Shown here one piece after another: positions 21,428 through 27,366 of a stretch of 27,366 nt of DNA. Every line of letters begins with the position of its first letter. Positions within the stretch are counted from its first letter, which is position 1. The stretch is taken from contig BCIN01000001.1 in the NCBI GenBank assembly GCA_039545335.1, forward strand, positions 3,909,136-3,936,501, in the 5' to 3' direction. The notes below the pieces were generated by a model. That model saw only the letters and a list, made by a program, of their open reading frames with translations. It was not told the origin of the DNA and searched no databases. This DNA is from Kondoa subrosea (taxonomy: Eukaryota). A program made the position numbers and the translations under genes.

Positions 21428-22369
21428 ATGGGTCAGGTAGGCTGACGTGCTATACTGCTTGCTTTCAAGTTCAAGTCGGTGCCATTCTACAGGGAGGCAG
21501 TCAACTGCTTCAGGAAATGGAGAACAACTCCAATTGTTCGCTCTCTCAATCATGTCATGTCAAAGATTCTCGTATGAGCTCACGTGTACTATGCTATGCT
21601 GTGCAGTCTCTGGACCTGAAATACAACGATTGAGAAGAAGATTCATGAAACTAGACAGGGATGGATCAGGTTCGATAGACAAGGACGAGTTTTTGCAAAT
21701 ACCTCAGATTGCCAATAACCCTTTGGCTTCTCGAATGATTGCAATCTTTGATGAAGAGTCAGTTGCAACAGCGTGCTCTCTTATGCTGATTGTCAGCTTA
21801 CCGGGGACTTCGTAATGACAGCGGTGGTGGAACAGTCGATTTTCAGGAATTCGTACAGGGTTTGAGCGCGTTCAGTAATAAGGGAGAAAGGGAGGAGAAG
21901 CTCAAGTGTGCGTATGCATACTGAAGGATCAGAGTCATCTAATGCTTAGGGACTTGTTGCGCACAGTCGCTTTCAAAGTATACGATATGGATCGGGATGG
22001 GTTCATATCTAATGGAGAACTGTTCATTGTACTCAAGATGATGGTGGGAAATAATCTGAAGGTTCGCTTGTTACATTGAGTCCACTTTCGAGTGGTTCAA
22101 CATGCCAACATGCTGCGAACAGGATCAGCAATTACAGCAAATCGTGGATAAGACAATCATGGAAGCAGATCTAGACGGGTATGTCCACATTGTTACGTCT
22201 TTCTGCCTACCGCTTACGTATTGCTTACAGCGATGGCAAGCTGAATTTCGACGAGTTCAAAGCAATGGTAGCGAATACGGTAGGCTTGCCTGGACCGCTC
22301 AGAATAGCTCTGATGTGTCTCTCGGTGGACTCACAGGATATCGCGCGGCAAATGACGCTAGAGTTTTGA
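21428..22369 (+). CDS. CNB1: Calcineurin regulatory subunit B, 7 introns
   Basis: Myristoylation-type start MGQGGS. Spliced sequence: [62 protein letters not shown]...[58 protein letters not shown]...QMTLEF*. Four EF-hands. Confidence 0.97.
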
Positions 22370-22565
22370 ACAAAGCAAAAAATAATCGCTCGCCTTACAC
22401 TTATACAGTACATACCCGCTGCATTAATATGAATCCTGTTGCAAGATCTGGCTCCTTGTGCAAAGTCGTTTGTCGTATTCTGCTTTATACATTCAGGCTC
22501 GGTTCTTTACACTTTTTGCACTCATATACATTTCTACATCTTTTCTACGGTTTTACGCAACGCAT

Positions 22566-23194
22566 CTAGGCTTTGAACATGAACTCCTTCAGCGGCTTCC
22601 AGCTCGTATCTTGCTGATACTCCCATGCAGCTATTCCCAAACCTTTAGCGACTGGCATCTCTTTCTTCAATTCTTCCATCTTGCTCTGCATTTGCTCAAA
22701 CACCTCTTTCGCTCGTGCTTCTTTTTCTTTGTTGCACACAGTAACATGTACGCCTCTCATTTCCCTACCCGCAAACAAATCAGCTTCCTTCCTCTACAAG
22801 TCATTGGTGCGACGAATAGAGCGTACCTCGAATCTTGCTCTGTCAATTCTATCCTCGCTTGATAGAAAGCATCCAATAACCAAGAATGTACTTCTTTCGC
22901 TTTGAAGCTCTTGAAATTCAATGCAACCCCAGACCCATTCTTGAACATGAATGGATCTCCCAACCCTAGATTGAATGGTTTAACAGTACTGATAGTCTTT
23001 TCGATCAGAGGAAACAATTGATCTGAAGGAGGTAAAGCGTGAAAGTAGGTGATATGGGCGTGAAGTACATTTCGATGCGAAGGGAAATAAGCAGAGCGTA
23101 AAGAAGTTAAAGTGGATTCTGATTGTTTGTCCAGGATTAAGGAGAGGACGATAGGTCTTGCTCCTACTCGCATATCTTTCGGTTGTTGCTGCAT
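22566..23194 (-). CDS. 2H phosphoesterase (2'-5' RNA ligase-like superfamily), one intron at 22765-22826
   Basis: Two HxT motifs (LHAHITYFHALP and GVHVTVCNK) about 80 aa apart, preceded by IVLSLILDKQSESTLTSLRSAYFPSHRN. Confidence 0.8.
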
Positions 23195-23337
23195 GACGAC
23201 CTCTATGCTCAACTTGGCTCAACTCACGTTTCCGGATTTTGTGCTTCACTCCAAACCATGACAAAGTAAAGGAATCTCTTGGGCCCTCTTCAAGCTGGCT
23301 TAGAGCGTGCCTGTGATACCCCTCTTCCAAAGGAAAT

Positions 23338-25394
23338 ATGCCCTGGTCTTTAAAATTTTCGAGTTTGCAAAGCAAAAGTCTGATACATCGAATTGCTCGT
23401 CTTTGTCTCTCTTGCTTCCTGTTTTGCACTTTGGCGACTTATGTGATCATTACGGCTCCTTTGGTGTATTTCTTTAATGGGTTAGAGGGAGTGCTGAGAT
23501 TGGTCAAAAGGCGGTTGCTTGGACATGATGCTGAATCTCGTTCGCTGAAGAGAAGGAACAAAAAGGTTTCACAGACGAGCAGTAGGACGGCTCTGGGCAA
23601 TGCGTGAGTCAATTTTGGCATACAACGAGAGGGAGCGTGCTGAATCAATTGGTTTCAGCTTGCCTGTCAAAGCAAAGCACGACCCGACTGGAGGCAATAC
23701 TCAGCCCGAGCAAGATCCTATTGTGTCAAGTACTATAAATTCGGCCAAAGGCGATGATCCGCTCGAAGAAAATGACCTGTAGGTTCGGCTTAGAGAAATG
23801 CAACTACTTTTGCTCATGAGTTTGTCCTCTACAGGCTGCAAAAACCTTCTCAAGATATTCCACGTGCACCTAGCGGCAACAAGGATGTTTCGTCTGAAGT
23901 TCAACTTGCTGTGCCTGCGCCCAATTTCAACAGCGAAGCAGTACCTCTATCTTCGACTGCCGAGTACGCGCAGGATCTACCTACTTTTCAATCTGCGGAT
24001 GAACCTGGGCTCGTCACAACTTCTACTGACGTTGCGTTCGTAGGGAAAGATGTGCTCTCAAGGTGAGTTTAGGTCTGCTTCGGCTTTCTGTTTAGCTGAA
24101 CGCAAGCCGAAAATCATAGCTTGCCAGAAGCTAGCCAAGACTGTACCTGTGCCGATGTTGCTCCAAACACACTAGCCCCGGTCGAAGCGTCTTTGTCTGC
24201 TCTGTCAATTGATGAAGTCAAAGAAAATCAAGACATGGAGCTTTCAAGTTCTATACCTGCTAAGCAAGCTGAAGTAGCGACTAGAGACGTGCATGAAGAG
24301 CAGATAGCTGAAAAGCCTGGTGGTGAATCTAGGTGTGCGAATTGTACTCAGATGTGACATTTTGCTCACATTGAGAGATAGCTCGTTCGCAGCTGAAGCT
24401 GAAACTCTGGCGAATCCGGAACATCGAGGTGACGAGTCTGCTGCTGCAGCTACTCCGCCTGCTAGTCCCAAAATGTAAGAGGACGTTCAAATTTCAGCTC
24501 AAGTTGATAGTTTGAGTTATCCTTGCTTACAGATCCTCATCGTCACCTGCTCACAGTCGCTATTCTTCCGTCGGCTCATCAGTACCCAGCACTCTCTTCG
24601 ATTACCCAGTTCGCTTTCCGTTGTCACATGCCGACTTGGACCATACCTCGCCAACGCTTACTCTAGTCGATCCGGAAGAATCGCAAGACTTCTCCAAGGA
24701 GTACAATTCACATCAAGCTGCTGGTTTAGGATTGTCGCTTGAGAGTACTGATAAATTATCTACCGGGCGACCATCTGCTCCATCGCCAATTCCCTACAAC
24801 GCGAATTACACTTCTATTTCATCTACCTTCGATCAGTCTTTCGACACTAGTCTACCAACCGAAGTCTCTTTCGATGCAAGTCCATTGATACAGTCACGCC
24901 ATGTCGACTTCACTCCTGTCGATTCGATTGCTCTAGTAGCTCCCTCCATCGTTCCGGCTACAAGGCATATGGTGCGCAAAGCACCTGCATCAAAGAGTCG
25001 GGCAAGTCGGATTCCAGTGTCTACAAGTACAGCTACGCCAATTCCTTTCGCTACTTTTCCTCTGCGAAGACAATCTTCACCCATAATCAATCCTGTAACA
25101 CCGGCAAGATTCCCAACCCACGCTCGAACTTCTTCATCCGGCTCACAAGCTTCTATCTCGCCTCGGATTAGAGCGATTTCTGAAAGGCCGAGCGGAAGTC
25201 GAGCGCTGTCTTTCTCCAAACCAGTCAACTCTACACCTCCTTTTCCTCGCACCGGTTCTATTTCTCCCACACTCTCACGTAGAACAGCTAGAGATACACC
25301 GATGTTTCGTTCCAGAACCGAATCTATGCCTATTCTCGCTCGATTGCCAAAGAAGCAAGAACCAGCATCCTCAACGACCATTACATCAACATAA
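23338..25394 (+). CDS. Hypothetical protein with an N-terminal hydrophobic segment and a long Ser/Pro/Thr-rich disordered region (6 exons)
   Basis: Hydrophobic stretch LCLSCFLFCTLATYVIITAPLVYFF. Five GT-AG introns join the track ORFs at 23338, 23600, 24121 and 24621 in one frame to the TAA ending at 25394. Confidence 0.7.
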
Positions 25395-25798
25395 ATATCC
25401 CAACAAGCAAGATTTTCGATTTCATCACCTGTATCACTATGCCTGTACATATCATAGACAACATTTATGCATTGCCGATTCAGGTTTTGGGTTCTCGTGA
25501 GTCTATGATCTGTTGTCTTACTTTCTTCTGCCTTTGTGTGTCTTATTTCTCATCTCGATCCGTTCTACTTCCTTCCGCATCCGTCAAATTCCATTGCTGT
25601 GGACTTCGGTCAATTACCTACGCAGCAAAGGGCCAAAGTGATGCGAATATCAAGCTACTTATGTTTTCCTTCGGGTTACATCTGTCGTTCATCTTAACGC
25701 CCTTTTGATCTTTGCTGATGTTCAAGCTAAGATTAGGGCTGGTAGTTTCGTACATACTTCTTTACTCATACAAATGCAATTCGAATTACAAATTATGA

Positions 25799-26501
25799 TT
25801 AGATACAAGGTTCGCAGACATCGCTCACGCAGACTGAATCCCTCGGAGTGCTATACTATAGCATAAACAATCGGCGAGTAGCGAACGCAGACAGATAGAC
25901 TGACCAGAATTGAGTGTTCCCATCTCCTTGATCACAGCTTTCACCAGCAACGCTTCGTCCTGATCCAGCAGGCGGCAGACATTGATTTCCAGTACAAGCG
26001 TAACCGCTGAGCGTATCACAATCGGATGAGTCAGCGCAGTAGCCTTCCAAAGATGTTCGCTTGAGTTGCAGACCTTAGACGTTTGATCAGGACTAAGAGA
26101 GTGATAGACTTACTGGACAAGTGAGTTGACATATTCCACCAGAACAGATCATTCCCGTTTGACTGGTGACTAAAACATCAGCTGCTTATTTACTGGAACA
26201 AATGGAAGACAAACCAGCATAAATTCATACCGTTACAAGTCTCGCTTATTCCAGCGTATACTTGACAAACTGGAGGAGTAACTGGTTTGACTCTAGTGAT
26301 TGGAGTAACAGGTGTTGGTTTAGCATTCGAAGTGACTGGGGTTGACAAAGGTTGTTGCTGAGTTGCCCAAATCGATAAGGCTGATTTGAGCGAGTCGAAG
26401 AAATTGATAAGACCTGGGTCAATTGGTTGGATGGTTTGCTGTTGTTGTTGGGCTGAAATGAGTGGAAGGAGTACGAAAAGAAGTGGGGTAGCAAGCTTCA
26501 T
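25799..26501 (-). CDS. Small secreted cysteine-rich protein (signal peptide, Pro/Thr linker, three Cys modules), 3 introns
   Basis: Signal-like MKLATPLLFVLLPLISA; PVT repeats. Spliced C-terminus CQVYAGISETCNGMNLCCQTGMICSGGICQLTCPRTSLEGYCADSSDCDTLSGYACTGNQC...GESCDQGDGNTQFCTPRDSVCVSDVCEPCI* (16 Cys). Confidence 0.8.
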
Positions 26502-26973
26502 GCTGCTTTCGACGTTCTGTTCAAGAGATGTATGGGCGGCTTTGACCTAAAGGACAGCAGAGTGCAAGAAATGAAAAGGGAAGAGAAGACAAGATGGAGG
26601 ATAGGCAAACATAGACAGGCACTTTGAGATAATTCGACGGATTTGGGAAGAAAAAAAATAGGGCCAGCCATGAAAAGTCAAGGTCCCGAATTCTCGTCGC
26701 GTAGCAAAGTCAAGGGTGTATACTAAGAGGAGAGCAAGTGGAAATAGTCATCCCATGAGCCAAAAACGAGGTTACCGCGAAGTTGGCGCGTTGATGCGCC
26801 CAGAATATGATGATCGGCAGGCTGCAGTACGACAGAGCTTGAGGCGAAGCAGAAGAGGATGGTATATGATACATTCAACGAGCGGCCTTCCAAGGTCACC
26901 GAGAACAATGGTCCTCACGAGAAGAGGCACTCGAAAAGGATTTTCAATTTTTTGAAGCGGCTTCTTACAAACC

Positions 26974-27366
26974 ATGTCTGTACCTACCAGCACCAGCTTA
27001 CCTGGAGAAGAGCCTGCTGTAGCTGTGTCTACCTCTGCTACAATCGAGGACACTCCAATGGGCGAAGGCTCCACAGGTCCGTCTTTACGAAGTTCTTTGA
27101 GCGAGTCATACGTACTCATGCGCTATTCGAGCAGGCAACTCTGCGGAAGCTGTCTCTGCTGAAACGAAACCTGAGCCCAAGGCTGAAGAAGTGAGATCAG
27201 AAGAAGGCAAGCAAGCTGAAGACAACAAGCCTGTAGCAGATGCACCAGTATCTACAGAAAAGGCAGAAGAGAAGCCTGAAGCTTCTGCTCTGTACATCGA
27301 ACAAACTCCTGAACGCAAAGTAAGCTCTTCCATAGCATCCGCTCGGTTTCAACTTATGTACTTGCA
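26974..27366 (+). CDS. 5' part of an unidentified gene with an acidic Glu/Ala/Pro-rich N-terminus, truncated by the window end
   Basis: ACCATG start, MSVPTSTSLPGEEP...GST|GNSAEAVSAETKPEPKAEEV...LYIEQTPERK, followed by a GTAAGC donor at 27320. Confidence 0.6.

Noticed and set aside
21305..21553. Minus-strand ORF ending ...IALQGDFDRYERFVDQRQ, partly repeated in B
   Set aside because: Antisense to CNB1 exons 1-2 and its promoter; the second copy is explained by the DNA duplication.
24833..25450. 205-aa antisense ORF
   Set aside because: Shadow of the Ser/Pro-rich + strand exon; no independent signals.
1..27366. CRISPR array, tRNA/rRNA genes, transposase or reverse transcriptase
   Set aside because: No regularly spaced short repeats, cloverleaf or A/B boxes, or DDE/RT/integrase motifs were recognised by eye. 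Small ncRNAs could be missed without a covariance-model search.

Overview
Compact, intron-rich eukaryotic DNA with introns of about 45-75 nt, CTRAY branch points and GT/GC-AG splice sites. It is fungal and most likely basidiomycete (inference from gene content and protein similarity recalled from memory). Hand-spliced models give these housekeeping genes: SEC8 (exocyst), NDUFAF7/MidA, LSG1, an external-type alternative NADH dehydrogenase and calcineurin B (CNB1). They also give a 2H phosphoesterase, a small secreted Cys-rich protein and three unrecognised proteins. The unusual part is 10.7-21.4 kb, which holds three interlocking pairs of direct repeats: C/C' (offset ~4010), A/A' (offset 3326) and B/B' (offset 2398). 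Two head-to-tail units share the same ends but carry different cargo: A-[degenerate SET-domain gene]-B, then A'-[Ulp1/C48-like peptidase pseudogene]-B'. B' runs into the CNB1 promoter. No transposase, tRNA, rRNA or CRISPR array was recognised. All models and alignments were done by eye; no database search was possible.
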